The notes under the pieces were generated by a model. It saw only the letters and a list, made by a program, of their open reading frames with translations, searched no databases and was not told the DNA's origin. Positions 1 to 12,450 of a stretch of DNA of 64,000 nucleotides are shown in pieces (within the stretch, counting starts at the first letter, position 1; each line of letters opens with the position of its first letter). The position numbers were made by a program, and so were the translations under genes. Source of the DNA: Mobula hypostoma (taxonomy: Eukaryota); the NCBI RefSeq assembly GCF_963921235.1, contig NC_086097.1, forward strand, positions 40,426,001 to 40,490,000. The letters are read 5' to 3'.

Positions 1-300
1 TGCCCTACCCTCATCAATCTCTCTCATCATCTTGTCAAAAGACTCAGTCAAGTTGGTAAGGCATGACTTGCCACATACAAAGTCATGCTGGCTCTCCTGA
101 ATTAGGTTGTGGGTTTCCAAATGCTCATATACCCTATCTCTAAGAATTTTCTCCAGTAATTTCTCCACAAATGATGTGAGATGCACTGGTTTATGGTTCC
201 CAGGATTTTCCCTTGTTCGCTTCTTAAATAGAGATACAACATTATCCACTTACCAGTCCTCTGGGACCTTGTCTGTGGCTGGAGAGGATACTGATCAACA
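1..300 (-). mobile_element. CR1 LINE fragment (RT region), runs off the window start
   Basis: Minus strand reads QHDFVCGKSCLTNLTESFDKM..EIDEGRA, the CR1 'HGF..GKSCLTNL' motif. Confidence 0.75.
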
Positions 301-547
301 TACATTAACAAGGGTGAGATATTATATTGTTAAAGTTTATCTGGCAAAGACTCAGAATAAGAATCAGATTTAAGATGATTGACATATGCTGTGAAATTTG
401 TCATTTTGCTGCAGTAGTACAGTGCAATACAAAGAAAACGATGAATATCGATATTCATAGTTGACCAGAATTGACCATAGATGTTGCGTCTGAGCTGTCT
501 AGGTACACAGGCCTAGGCAGTACAATATGGAAAGCAATCTGTGGCTC

Positions 548-3500
548 ATAAGACCATAAAACCATAAGATATAGAAGCATAAGTAGGCCATTCAGCCTGT
601 TGAGTCTGCTCTGCTATTCAATCATGGGCTGATCCAATGCTTCCAGTCATTCCTATTCCCCTATATTCTCCCCATACCCTTTGATGCCCTGGCTAATCAA
701 GAATCTATCTATCTCTGCCTTAAATGCACCCAATGACTTGGCCTCCACAGCCACTTGTGGCAACAAAATCCACAGATTTACCACCCTCTGACTAAAGTAA
801 TTTCTCCGCTTCTTTTTTCCAAATGGAAATCCTTCAATCCTGGTCATGCCCTCTAGTCCTAGACTCCCTACCATGGGAAATAACTTTGCCATATCTAATC
901 TGCTCAGGACTTTTAATATTTGGAATGTTTCTATGAGATCTAGGGAATACAGCCCAAGAACTGCCAGACATTCCTCATACGGTAACCCTTTCATTCCTGG
1001 AATCATTCTTGGAAATCTTCTCTGAACACTCTCCAATGTCAGTATATCCTTTTTAAAATAAGGAGACCAAAACTGCACACAATACGCCAAATGTGGTCTC
1101 ATGAGTACTTATTTTGAGCCTCAACATCACATCCCTGCTCTTATATTCTATACCTCTAGAAATGAATGCCAACATTGCATTCGCTTTCTTCACAACCGAC
1201 TCAACCTGGAGGTTAACCGTTAGGGTACCCTGCACAAAGACTCCCAAGTCCCTTTGCATCTCTTTCTTTTTCCAATATTTTTATTAAATTTCATATACAC
1301 AAATACAGAATTCATAAGGATACTTATTATAAATCAAAATAAGGTAGCACAAAATGCACTATACATAAATCACACTGATACAATCACGGTATCCCATATT
1401 CATAATCAATCAAATAAAATTAATTGAATTATGAAATACAATAATAGGGTTAATTATATCATTTTAAAAAACCTACAGCCACTACCAAGACAAAGCTGGT
1501 TGGTAAAAAGCAAAAGGATAAAAAGAGTACTTTACCATATAGTGTTTTATAATAATAGCCCAGATCTATATTTCAATAACAATAACAATTCAAAGATTTT
1601 CAAAATAGTTCAGAAAGGATCCCCATTGCGTTTGAAAATCTTAATTAGAATCAGAAATCGAACAACGAATCTTCTTTAAATTTAAACATGACATAACATC
1701 GCATAACCATTGAGTATGTGTGGGAGGGCAACCTCCTTCCATTTAAGCAAGATCGCCCTCCTAGCCATAAGAGAAATAAAAGCCAGCACCCGCAAATGAG
1801 AAGGCTCCAAAATTCCTCAACAATACCAAATAAGGCGCTCAAAGGACTGGGCTAAAATTAACTCTAAGAAGTACAGAAAAAGTTCGGAATACATCTTTCC
1901 AATATTTTTCAAGGCTCGAACATGACCAAAACATATGAATTAATGAAACCTCCCCATTATTATATCTGTCACAATGAGGAGATATATCTGCAAAACAACG
2001 AGAGAGCTTGTCTTTAGACATATGAGTCCTATGTACCACTTTAAATTGTAGGAGGGAATGACGAGCATATAACGATGAAGAATTGACCATTTTGAAAATA
2101 GCCCTCCAGGTCTCATCAGATAATGAAGTCTGTAAATTCTTTTTCCAATCTTTTTTAAATTTTGTCGAAAGGAGCCATTCTCAGTCCCAACAACAGACCA
2201 TAAATATAAGATATTGAGCCATTATCAAAAGATTTCAAATTAAAAATTACATCTATTATGTTCTTATCTGATCTGGTAGGAAATATATGTAGTTTAGATC
2301 TTAAAAAATCTCTAATCTGTAGATATTAAAAAGGGTTGGGTATTTGATAGGTTATATTTCACTGAGAGCTGCACAAAAGAAAAAAAGATACCCTCCAGCA
2401 AACAGATCCTGAAATCGTTTAATGTCTAATCTATCCCATTCTCTAAAAAACAGAGCAGTCGTAGATGGTTTAAAAAAAGAAAAAATAGGACTAGAAAGGG
2501 AAAATCTCAATAAACCAAAATGTTTTCTAAACTGTAGCCAGATCCTCAAAGTGTGCTTAACCACCAAACTGTCAGTTAATTTATTTAAAGATAAATGAAG
2601 AGAGGATCCAAAAAGAGAAATAATAGAAAATTTCATTCACAGAGTTGGCTTCCAAAAAGACCCACATTGGACAATCCTCACGATTAATATAATATAACCA
2701 GAACGTAAGATTTCGTATATTAGTTGCCCAATAACATAACCTAAAATTGAGTAGGGCAAGGCCTCCATTCTTTACAATTTTTTGAAGGTGTGCTTTATTT
2801 AATCGGGGTTTTCTGTTCTTCCATATATAGGAAGAAAGAATTGAATCTAAAGAATCAAAAAAAGACTTGGGAATAAAAACAGGTACAGCTTGAAAAAGGT
2901 ATATAAATTTAGGTAAAATATTCATTTTTATAGAATTAATTCGACCAATCAATGATAAAGAGAGAGGCGACCAATTAGAAAGTGTTTTATTAACATAATT
3001 CATTAAGTTTAGAAAATTTTACTTGAATAGATCTTTGTAATTCTTAGCGATTGTTAGACCCAAATATGTAAATTGTTTTCTTACAATTTTAAAAGGAAGA
3101 TTAGTATTGATTGGTATCAAATTATTTAAAGGAAACAATTTACTCTTATGTAAATTCAATTTATAACCTGAAAACTGACTAAAATTAGACAGTAAATGAG
3201 ACATAGAGGGTAAAGAAGTTGTAACATTAGATATAAAAAGCAATAGGTCATCAGCATAAAGCAAAACTTTATGAATAGTACCTTTCCTTAAGATACCAGT
3301 GATATCTTCAGACTCTCGAAAGGCAATTGCTAAAGGTTCTAATACCAAATCAGAAAGCAAAGGGTTCAACAGTCATCCTTGTCTGGTTCCACATTGGGGT
3401 TTAATTGGTTTAGAATTCTGAAAGTTAGTAAGGACCCGAGTGGAGGAGATCCTTTGTATCTCTGCATTTTGAATTCTCTCTCCATCTAAATAATAGTCTG

Positions 3501-4890
3501 CCCATTTATTTCTTCCACCAAAGTGCATGACCATATACTTTCCAACATTGTATTTCATTTTCCACTTCTTTGCCCATTCCTCTAAACTACCTAAGGCTCT
3601 CTGCAGGCTCTCTGTTTCCTCAACACTACCCACTCCTCCACCTATCTTTGGATCATCGGCAAATTTAGCTGCAAATCCATCAATCCTATAGTCCAAATTA
3701 TTGACATACATTGTAAACAGCAGCGGTCCCAACACTGACCCCTGTGGAACTCCACTGGTAACCAGCAGCCAGCCAGACTAGAATTCCTTTATTCCCACTC
3801 TCTGTTTTCTGCCGATCAGCCAATGCTCCACACATGCTAGTAACTTCCCTGTAATTCCATGGGCTCTTATCTTGCTAACCAGCCTCATGTGCGGCACCTT
3901 GTCAAAGGCCTTCTGAAAATCCAAGTACACCATGTCTGCTGCATCTTTGTCTATCCTGCTTGTAATTTCCTCAAAAAATTGCAGTTGTTTAGTTAGGCAG
4001 GATTTTCCTTTCAGGAAACCATGCTGGCTTGTCATGTGCCACCAGGTACTCCGTAATCTCATCCCTAACAATTGATTCCAACAACTTCCCAACCAGTGAT
4101 GTCAGGCTAACAGGTCTATAGATCCTTTCTGCTGCCTCCCACCCTTCTTAAATAGTGGAGTAACCTTTGCAATTTTCCTGTCATCCGGTACAATGCCAGA
4201 ATCTATCAATTCTTGAAAGTTCATTGTTGCTGCCTCCGCAGTCTCTCCAGCTACTTACTTCAGAACCCAAGGTTGCATTCCGTCAGGTCCAGGAGATTTA
4301 TCCACCCTCAGACCACTATGCTTCCTGAGTACCTTCTCAGTCGTAATTTTCACTGCACATACTTCACTTCCCTGACACACTTGAATGGCTGGTATACTGC
4401 AGGTGTCTTCCACCGTGAAGACGATGCAAACTACGCATTCAGTTCCTCTGTCATCTCTGCGTATCTTATTACGATATCTCCAGCATCATTTTCTACTGAT
4501 CCAATACTACCCTCAACTCTCTTTTACTCCTTGTATACCTAAAAAAGCTTTTAGTATCTTCTTTGATATTAGTCGCCAGCTTCCTTTCATAATTCATCTT
4601 TTCCTTCCTAATGACCTTCTTAGTTTCCTCCTGTAAGTTTTTAAAATCCTCCTAATCCTCTATCTTTCCACTAGCTTTGGCTTCCTTCTTTGCCCTCGCT
4701 TTTGCTTTTACTTTGGCTCTGACTTCACTTGTCAGCCATGGTAGTGTTCTTCTTCCATTTGAAAATTTCTTCTTATTTGGAAAATATCTGTCTTGCACTT
4801 CTTCAGTTTTCACAGAAACTCCAATAATTGCTGCTCAGCTGTCCTTCCTGCTAGTGTCCCTTTCTAGTCAACTTTGGCCAGTTCCCCACT
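548..4890 (-). mobile_element. CR1 LINE, 5'-truncated and frameshifted, interrupted by L1 at 1263-3450
   Basis: ORF pieces: 653-1102 RPHLAYCVQFWSP; 1053-1259 QRDLGVFV; 3373-3735 GPLLFTMYVNNLD..KFADD; 3778-4092 QHGFLKGKSCLT..YLDFQKAFDKVPH; short-repeat 3' tail at about 548-570. Confidence 0.93.
1263..3450 (-). mobile_element. L1/Tx1-clade LINE, 5'-truncated, inserted into CR1
   Basis: ORF2 pieces with LLYADDLLLFI, LSLIGRINSIKMNILPKFIYLFQ and C-terminal HMFWSC; T-rich tail at 1263; 12-bp TSD cctttg(c/t)atctc at 1251-1262 and 3451-3462. Confidence 0.92.
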
Positions 4891-5394
4891 CATGCACTGT
4901 AACTTCCATGAGGGTATTCCACTGAAATTCCACTCCCCATGTAGCAAGCTCCCCCTCTCCATGCATCTGTTGAACCCAAAGGAATGGCAGAGACCGATAC
5001 AGTTTGGTACCAGTCGTGTTGCAGAAGTTGCCAGTCAGCATTGAACACAATGTAGGACTACCTTAGGGACTCCAGCTCTAGATTTTTCCCTCTGGGTTTA
5101 CTCCCGAAGCCTTCCCCAAGGCAGCAGAGGTTTGAGATCAGAGTTTTCCTTCTCCTAGATGAGCTGCCAACCATGGCTGATGAGCCCCATCTACCCAAAG
5201 TGACTGGTTTTAAGGTGCCAGTAACCTGCCTTTGCCTCTTCTCCTGTCAGTAAAAGCAGCTCCACCGGGTTTAGTAGCTAAGCCACTTGTGAAGGCCCAG
5301 AGCTGGACTTGATTGTCAGCAGCTTTTTGAGCATTTAACAGGTAGTGGAAGATTGTCCTCATTACCACCCCCGGCTCTAATAACCTTAAATAAG

Positions 5395-5830
5395 TAGTGC
5401 AAAAGGAGGGGGAGGATAGCGAAGTAGTGTCCATGGGTTCATTGTCCTTTCAGAAATCTGATGATGGAACGGAAAGAGTTGTTCCTGAAATGTTGAATGT
5501 GCGTCTTCAGGCTACTGTATCTCCTCCCTGAAGGTAGCAATGAGAAGAAGGCATATCCTGGATGATGGGGGTCCTTAATGACGGACGCCACCATTTTGCT
5601 GGGCTGGCTATGTTTGCAGCCCTCTGCAGCTTTTTCCAATCCTGTACAGCGGCCCCTCCATTACAAATGGTGATGCTTCCATTTTGAATGCTCGCCGTGG
5701 CACATTTGTAGTAATTGGCTCGAGTCTTCAGTGACATACCAAATCTCCTCAAACTCCTCACGAACTAGAGCCGTTGACACACCTTCGTTGTAATTCCATC
5801 ACTATGTTGGGCCCAGAACAGATCTTCAGA
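5395..5830 (-). mobile_element. Rex1/Babar-like LINE 3' fragment
   Basis: RSLRRFGMS...LQR and IIKDP.HPG..FSLLPSGRRY motifs in ORFs 5507-5761 and 5439-5639. Confidence 0.75.
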
Positions 5831-6369
5831 CATCAGAATGATCAATATTTATGGTGTAATCTGTAAATCCTTATTTGCTATTTTTATTTGCCTTATGCCA
5901 GGAAATTATAATATAAAGTATGTTTCATGAATTTCTGTGAATTATATCTCTTTAGAACATTTTCAGAAGGAAATTAAATTTCTATTCACAACTTGTTTAG
6001 TGTTTTCGCTTTGTCAAACTGCAACTAACAGTGGAAGTCTGAATAACATGCAAATATGAAATGCACAGACTTAAATCCAAAAAATACTGAGGACCAGCAT
6101 TAATTTGACAAGCCTTGAATGCATTAGTCACACTGCTGATGTAATAAGCTTTAGGTGTGCCATAAGGTTAATTGCTAGTTTTATTTAGCAGAATAACAGA
6201 AATATAGACACTCAACATGTTAATCTCAAAAATGAGGTTGTTTCTGAAAAATCAAGATCGATGTGGCAGGTTTAAAAGTAGTATTTTCCCTGTAAACAAT
6301 TGCATGAGTTTAAGCTTAAAAGCTGAGGAGGCTATCACTGCAGCATCTGGGATGAGAGGAAATGAAAAA

Positions 6370-7265
6370 AATTAATACTAGAGGGCATGCATTTAAGGTG
6401 AGTTGGGGTAAATTCAGATGTAACCCCCAGGCTCGGCCAGCTCATTGTCATCTAAGGGAAGAGCCTTTGGCCCCGCCAAACTGGGAAATCACATTTGTGT
6501 GAATGCTGTGTAATGTACCACCCAGTTACAAACCCACAACGCAAAATACCAGACAGTACACCAAATACAATTAAATGATTGAACTTTATGAACTTTAATC
6601 TGAATATTGGGTTAGTAATGAAAATAAAAAAGGGCCCAATTCAAGGAAAAGTCAAAAGTTCACATTGGAGCTCACTCAGTAGTCATTCTTCCACCATTGG
6701 TCTCCTCCCAGCGTGGCCGACCTTCAGACCCTCAGATCCCAGTCCACTCCGTCCAGTGGTCTACCAGCTCTCTCCACACACGTCTTCCCTCTTCATCTCT
6801 CCTCAACCAAAGACCACAAAAGAAACATCCTTCCAGATTCACAAGACAGAGCAACAATCTCTGATTGGCTAACATGCATACCACAGTCCTGTTATCTCCA
6901 GCCATAACCCAAACATTGCTGCTACAGAGAAACCGTTACCTCAGCAGTGAACATTAGAGGGAAGCCATTACATTATCAGTGAACCCTTACAGCATGTTAC
7001 ACAAAGAAGGTGTGTGAGGCAAGGTTTTTTTTTACAGAGAGTGGTGGGTGCGTGGAATGCACTGCGAGAGGAGGTAGGCAAATACAGTAGAGGAATTTAA
7101 GATGCTCTTAGATGGGCATATGAATGTGCAGTGAATGGAAGGTTATGGACTGTATAGGAAGGAGGGATCATCTTAGTTAGGTGTTTAAGAACTAGTTTAA
7201 GTAGTTTGCTGCAACATCATAGGCTGAAAGATTTGTTCCTGCACTGTGTTATCTAATGCTCTGTT
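6370..7265 (+). mobile_element. Old CR1 3' end split by a solo LTR
   Basis: agagggcatgcatttaaggtg...ttc and caaag..tttttacagagagtggtgggtgcgtggaatgc are contiguous CR1 3' sequence on either side of 6419-7001. Confidence 0.65.
6419..7001. mobile_element. Solo LTR (about 583 bp)
   Basis: TGTAAC...GTTACA inverted termini; 4-bp TSD caga (6415-6418) / caaa (7002-7005); related in sequence to 53465-54182. Confidence 0.75.
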
Positions 7266-7853
7266 TCTGTTGGCTTTGGTTTATGATTGTCAAATGTACT
7301 GGGATACAGTGAAAAGATCAATCAATGATGGTATAAAGTCACTCTGATCCCCGCCTAAGAGTTTAGTTAACAAAATAGTTCATTCATGTTTCTGGTGATA
7401 AAGATGAAGTATCAATGGTAAAATATATGTCTATGCTCCTGGTACTATTCCACTGGATAAAACCTCACCATTGAAATAGAATTAATCCCTGACATCCAGG
7501 CCACTGAGATCAGTTCAAGGTATCACTTTTCATAAGATGTACAATATGGAAGGTATCTCTTTGCAGAGTCTGATGACACCAGGAGATATTAATTGATGGT
7601 ACCACACTGTCACCACATGAAAAAGTTAATTAGAGTCATGGAGGAATCATCCTCTGGCAGAAAATACTTTCATCTCAGATTGTGGGGGGGGGGTGGAGAA
7701 TGATATTCCTATCAAACTGACAGCTAATATTTCAAAATGTTGCAACTTCACTGAGAAGTGAGACATACAGTCCAGGCAGGTCTAAATTTGAAGGATGAAT
7801 ATCAGCCAGGGCCCATTAACTGGTGGAAGTCATGCTTGTGTGCAGTCATACTT

Positions 7854-7972
7854 GGGTGTTGCTCAAAGTTGTATATAAATAAAAGCCACACTAACACCAC
7901 ACAGCTTCACTGAACCTCAAAGGAGAGGAGCAGAGAGAAAGGAAGAGGAAAGCAGAGAGAGGAGAGGTAAGA
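7854..7972 (+). promoter_or_regulatory. Candidate TATA promoter with short non-coding first exon
   Basis: GGGTG box at about 7854, TATATAAA at 7872-7879, purine-rich segment ending in splice donor GAG|GTAAGA (7966/7967), in non-repetitive sequence. Confidence 0.35.
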
Positions 7973-8964
7973 ATGGCTCTGAATGAGCTCTGTAAAATGT
8001 AATAGTGAAATAACATTAGAACTTTCACATTCCTGCATCAGAGCAAGATGCAACATCATCAACAATATTATTTCTAGGCAATTAGATTAACTTCTCTCAA
8101 TAGTATTAGAGACCCAAGGTCTTAACTTCGAAACTTTGAATTTGACTTTCCTTTAACCTGCCTACTGGCATTCATTTTAATATTTACCACATCCTGTCCA
8201 CATATACGGAGATGCATCATTCAATGACCTTCCCTGTGGAACAAAATTGGGCTCATGCCAGCTTATTCAAGGAATTAGTGTTCAATCTATTTATGTTGCT
8301 CCAATAATGGAGCAGTCAAACTAACTTACAGCAAACTTGGGCAGAAAAAATCCCGCTGTCTCCCCTTTGCTTTTCAAGAGACCCAAGGGACCATGTTTGA
8401 CTAAGATATTGTAAGTTGACTAAAGATGCTTTGGTGTTACTAAGTCTGCCAATTAAAAAGGCCAGGTCATAATGGAAGCTGGGTATACTACCGTTAGCTC
8501 AAAACCTGATCCTCATTGATGCCAAGTGATGTGTTTGAGCAGTCATTGCCCACCAGAATGAGGGTAATTATACCATCATCCAACAACAGCGACATCAGCA
8601 CCATGCCTTCCAGTTGATCCCTACTTCTGGATTCTGCATGGTTTTCTACCACTATCATCACATCATGACTGCATGATTGTTCATTCACTGTCATCTTGGG
8701 GTCAGAAGTCTGGGACTTTGCCCACCTACCACCAGTACAAATGCATCCCTAGAAGAGTTGTAGTGTTTGGAAATAGGGACCTACCACAATTTCTCATGAA
8801 AACCAATGGCTGCCAATAAAACATATGAAATCATCTCATTTAGATAACTCTCCCTCATGTTCATCAGGAACATGGAAGAATCTGATTGCTTTCACAATTC
8901 TGTTTTTCCTTTGAAATTGGAGTTGCAAACGTTCAACTGGGGAAAAGTTGCTCTTTCTATTTAA

Positions 8965-10622
8965 CATAGAACATATAGAAAATAGAAAACCTACAACACA
9001 ACACAGGCCCTTCAGTCCACAAAGTTGTGCCGAACATGTCCCCACCTTAGAAATTACTAGACTTACCCATAGCCCTCTATTTTTCTAAGCTCCATGTACC
9101 TATCCAAAAGTCTTTTAAAAGACCCTATCGTATCTACCTCCACCACCGTTGTTGACAGCCCATTCCATGCACTCACCACTCTCTGCATAAAAAACTTAGC
9201 CCTGACATCTCCTCTGTACCTACTCCTAAGCACCTTAAACCTGTGCCCTCTTGTGGCAGCCATTTCAGCCCTGGGAAAAAGCCTCTGACTATCCACACGA
9301 TCAATGCCTCTCATCATCTTATACACCTCTGTCAGGTGTTATGTAACCGGCAACAATGAATATCAATTGAGACAGGTTATATAAAAACAACCAAACAGTT
9401 ATTAAGCACGAATAAACGATAAGGAAAAAAAACAAATGAAAACTTTAACCAGAGGTTAACCGTTAAGCAGCCGTTCAACAAATCAACACTCGGCACTGGT
9501 TCTTAAAGCGTTAAATGCTTAAACAGTTCTTAAAGCGATAAAGTCAGATATAGTTCTTAAAGCGATAAATTCGAAAGTCCAACAGGTTTATACGTTTAAT
9601 TGGGAGAGACTTCTCTGGAGAAGGATTTCTTCACAGACGCACCTTTACTGCTGGTTCTGTCCACAGGATTCACGATGCCAAAAATAAACCGTCTAAATCA
9701 ACTGACCTTAAATTCTTTTAGAGAGCAAACCGTTGCATGAACTCCTTTCTCTTTTTTGCAAGAGTTATCCTCGATGCAGGTCGCTACTCTTCCAACGAAG
9801 ACTCAATAAGGTCGATCCTTTATTAAACTGCCAAACAATGCCGACTCCTCTTGATCCTTCGATCCTGTACCTCGATAAAGTCTTCACTCTCCCTTCTACT
9901 GTTGGAATTGAGTAAATCAACACATCTAGAAAAAATTTCCTGTCCAATAATATGGTATCTTGCAACAGAACACAACACTCCATTTTAAAAATGAAACTGC
10001 ATCACAAAAACAAACACGCAACAGAAATGGAGACACATCACATTCTACCTGGAAATCTACAAACTAAAAACCAACTGTGTCACCTGGGTCAACTCTTATA
10101 TAGCCATGGTGCACATGTCATCATGTGACCTCAGATCGGCGGGAAAATCACATCAGGTGACCTCCAAAAGACCATTACATCATTCTCACAAAAAAAAACA
10201 GATCTCCTTGAGCATGTAACAGAGGTCACCTCTCATCCACCGTCGCTCCAAGAGAAAAGGCTGAGTTTACTCAACCTGTTTTCATAAGGCATGCTCCCCA
10301 ATCCAGGCAACATCCTTGTAAATCTCCTCTGCACCCTTTCTATGGTTCCCACATCCTTCCTGTAGTGAAATGACCAGAACTGAGCACAGTACTCCAAGTG
10401 GGGTCTGACCAGGGTCCTATGTAGCTGCAACATTACCTCTTGGCTCCTAAATTGAATTCCACGATTGATGAAGGCCAATTCACCGTATGCCTTCTTAACC
10501 ACAGAGTCAACCTGCGCAGCTGCTTTGAGCGCCCTATGGACTCAGAGCCCTAGATCGCTCTGATCCTCCATACTGACAAGAGTCTTACCATTAATGCTAT
10601 AATATACCATCATATTTGGTCT
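8965..10622 (-). mobile_element. CR1 LINE 3' part split by a solo LTR
   Basis: ORFs 10233-10502 (LVRPHLEYCAQFWS) and 9063-9326 (TRGH..FFMQRVVSAWN); (TTCTA)-type tail at about 8965. Confidence 0.9.
9337..10221 (-). mobile_element. Solo LTR (885 bp) inside CR1
   Basis: TGTTA...TAACA termini; 4-bp TSD cagg (9333-9336) / gagg (10222-10225); CR1 resumes exactly after it; TATA-like signal on the minus strand near 10096. Confidence 0.8.
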
Positions 10623-11404
10623 ACTTTGACTACAAAATACAACTTACTCTATTGTAGTCTCTGCCTGAGCCCTGCTTTTTACCTAAAGAAACCTGAATAT
10701 TCTCCCTACACCTAAAGGTGAGCAAAACAAAACTCCAAAGTTTTCATCTAATCTTCCGTCTTATAGTATGAAACCTTCAATGTTTATACCATTACTATCA
10801 TTTATTTCTCTCACTTCTGCATATCAGGAACATCTTAAGTTCCACATAACGTTTAGTCAGACATATTTTATGCTGCTATTGTGTGATCACAGAAAAGATA
10901 GCTGTACATACAATGGGCTAAATTGAGCCAGATTCTTCCCAACCCCTGAACTTAACTGAGCGCTTCCTTGTCTTTATCCAGGCCAGGGACCAAGCGTAAT
11001 TGATCACCCCCAACACTTTCACCTCTTTTCCATTCCTCCCATCCCATCAAGGTATCTGCTGTAATGTAGCAAAACCTCAGCAACAAATAGGAAACTACAA
11101 AGATAAGACCTTGCTCCTTAAGAGTCATTGACCAAAGACAAGGTGAGAGCACAGACCTTAATCTGTTAATGCTCTGTAATAGGTTTTAATTACCTCTGAT
11201 ATTCTGATATTTAAATGCAACAAAAATGATCTAAAACATTTAAAACTAAAAACATAGCAACATTTTAAACTAAAACATTTAAAACTAAAACTAAAAATGT
11301 AAAATTGTAAAATAAGTAAACATAAACAGCTGATAATTTCATAACTTATTTTATCTATATATTGTACAGAGCTGGAAATTACTCACATGATTGTGTCATT
11401 AATG

Positions 11405-12450
11405 GGAGAGCCAAATCTTACTTCTGTGGTTGGTAATTCGATGGAAAAGATCCTGAGAGGCAGGATTTATGAACATTTGGAGAGGCATAATATGATTAGA
11501 AATAGTCAGTATGGCTTTGTCAAAGGCAGGTCGTGCCTACGAGCCTGATTGAATTTTTTGAGGATGCGACTCAACACATTGATGTTGGTAGAGCAGTAGA
11601 TGTAGTATATATGGATTTCAGCAAGACATTTGACAAGGTACCCCATGCAAGGCTTATTGAGAACGTAAGGAGGCATGGGATCCAAGGGGACATTTCTTTG
11701 TGGATCCAGAACTGGCTTGCCCGCAGAAAGTAAAGAGTGGTTGTAGACGGGTCATATTCTGCATGGAGGTCGGTGACCAATGGTGTGTCTCACCCATCTG
11801 TTCTGGGACCCCTTCTGTTTGTGATTTTTATAAGTGACCTGGATGAGGAAGTGGAGGGATGAGTTAGTAAATTTGCTGATAATACAAAAGTTGGGGTTGC
11901 TGTGGATTGTATGGAGGGCTGTCAGAGGTTACAGCGGGAAATCGATAGGATGCATAACTGGGCTAAGAAGTGTCAGATGAAGTTCAACCCAGATAAGTGT
12001 GAGGTGGTTCTTTTTGGTAGGTCAACTATGATTGAAGAATATAGTATTAATGGTAAGACTCTTGGCAGTGTGCAGGATCAGAGGGATCTTAGGGTCCTGT
12101 CCATAGGACACTCAAAGCTGCTGCGCAGGTTGACTGTGTGGTTAAGAAGTTGTACGGTGCATTGGCCTTCATCAACTGTGGGATTGAGTTCAAGAGCCGA
12201 GAGGTAATGTTACAGCTGTTTAGGACCCTGGTCAGACCCCACTTGGAGTACTGCGCTCAGTTCTGGTCACCGCACTACTGGAAGGATGTGGAAACTATCG
12301 AAAGGGTGCAGAGGAGATTTACAAGGATGTTGCCTGGATTGGAAAAATAGAGGGCTATGGGTAACCTTAGGTAATTTTGAAAGTACATGTTCGGCACAGC
12401 ATTGTGGGACGAAGGGCCAACATTGTGCTGTACGCTTTCTATGTTTCTAT
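11405..12450 (+). mobile_element. CR1 LINE fragment with an internal deletion near 12343
   Basis: VDVVYMDFSKTFDKVPH, KFADN and RPHLEYCAQFWSP motifs, then a jump to the 3' UTR and ttctatgtttctat tail; same subfamily as 8965-10622. Confidence 0.9.

Larger units (their letters stand above)
470..5390 (-). mobile_element. RTE-related non-autonomous element split in two (about 470-547 and 4925-5390) by a CR1 insertion
   Basis: The two non-CR1 flanks join into one continuous sequence (...gcaatctgtggctc / catgtagcaagctccccctctcc...) resembling an RTE-type 5' region; family call is from recall only. Confidence 0.5.
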
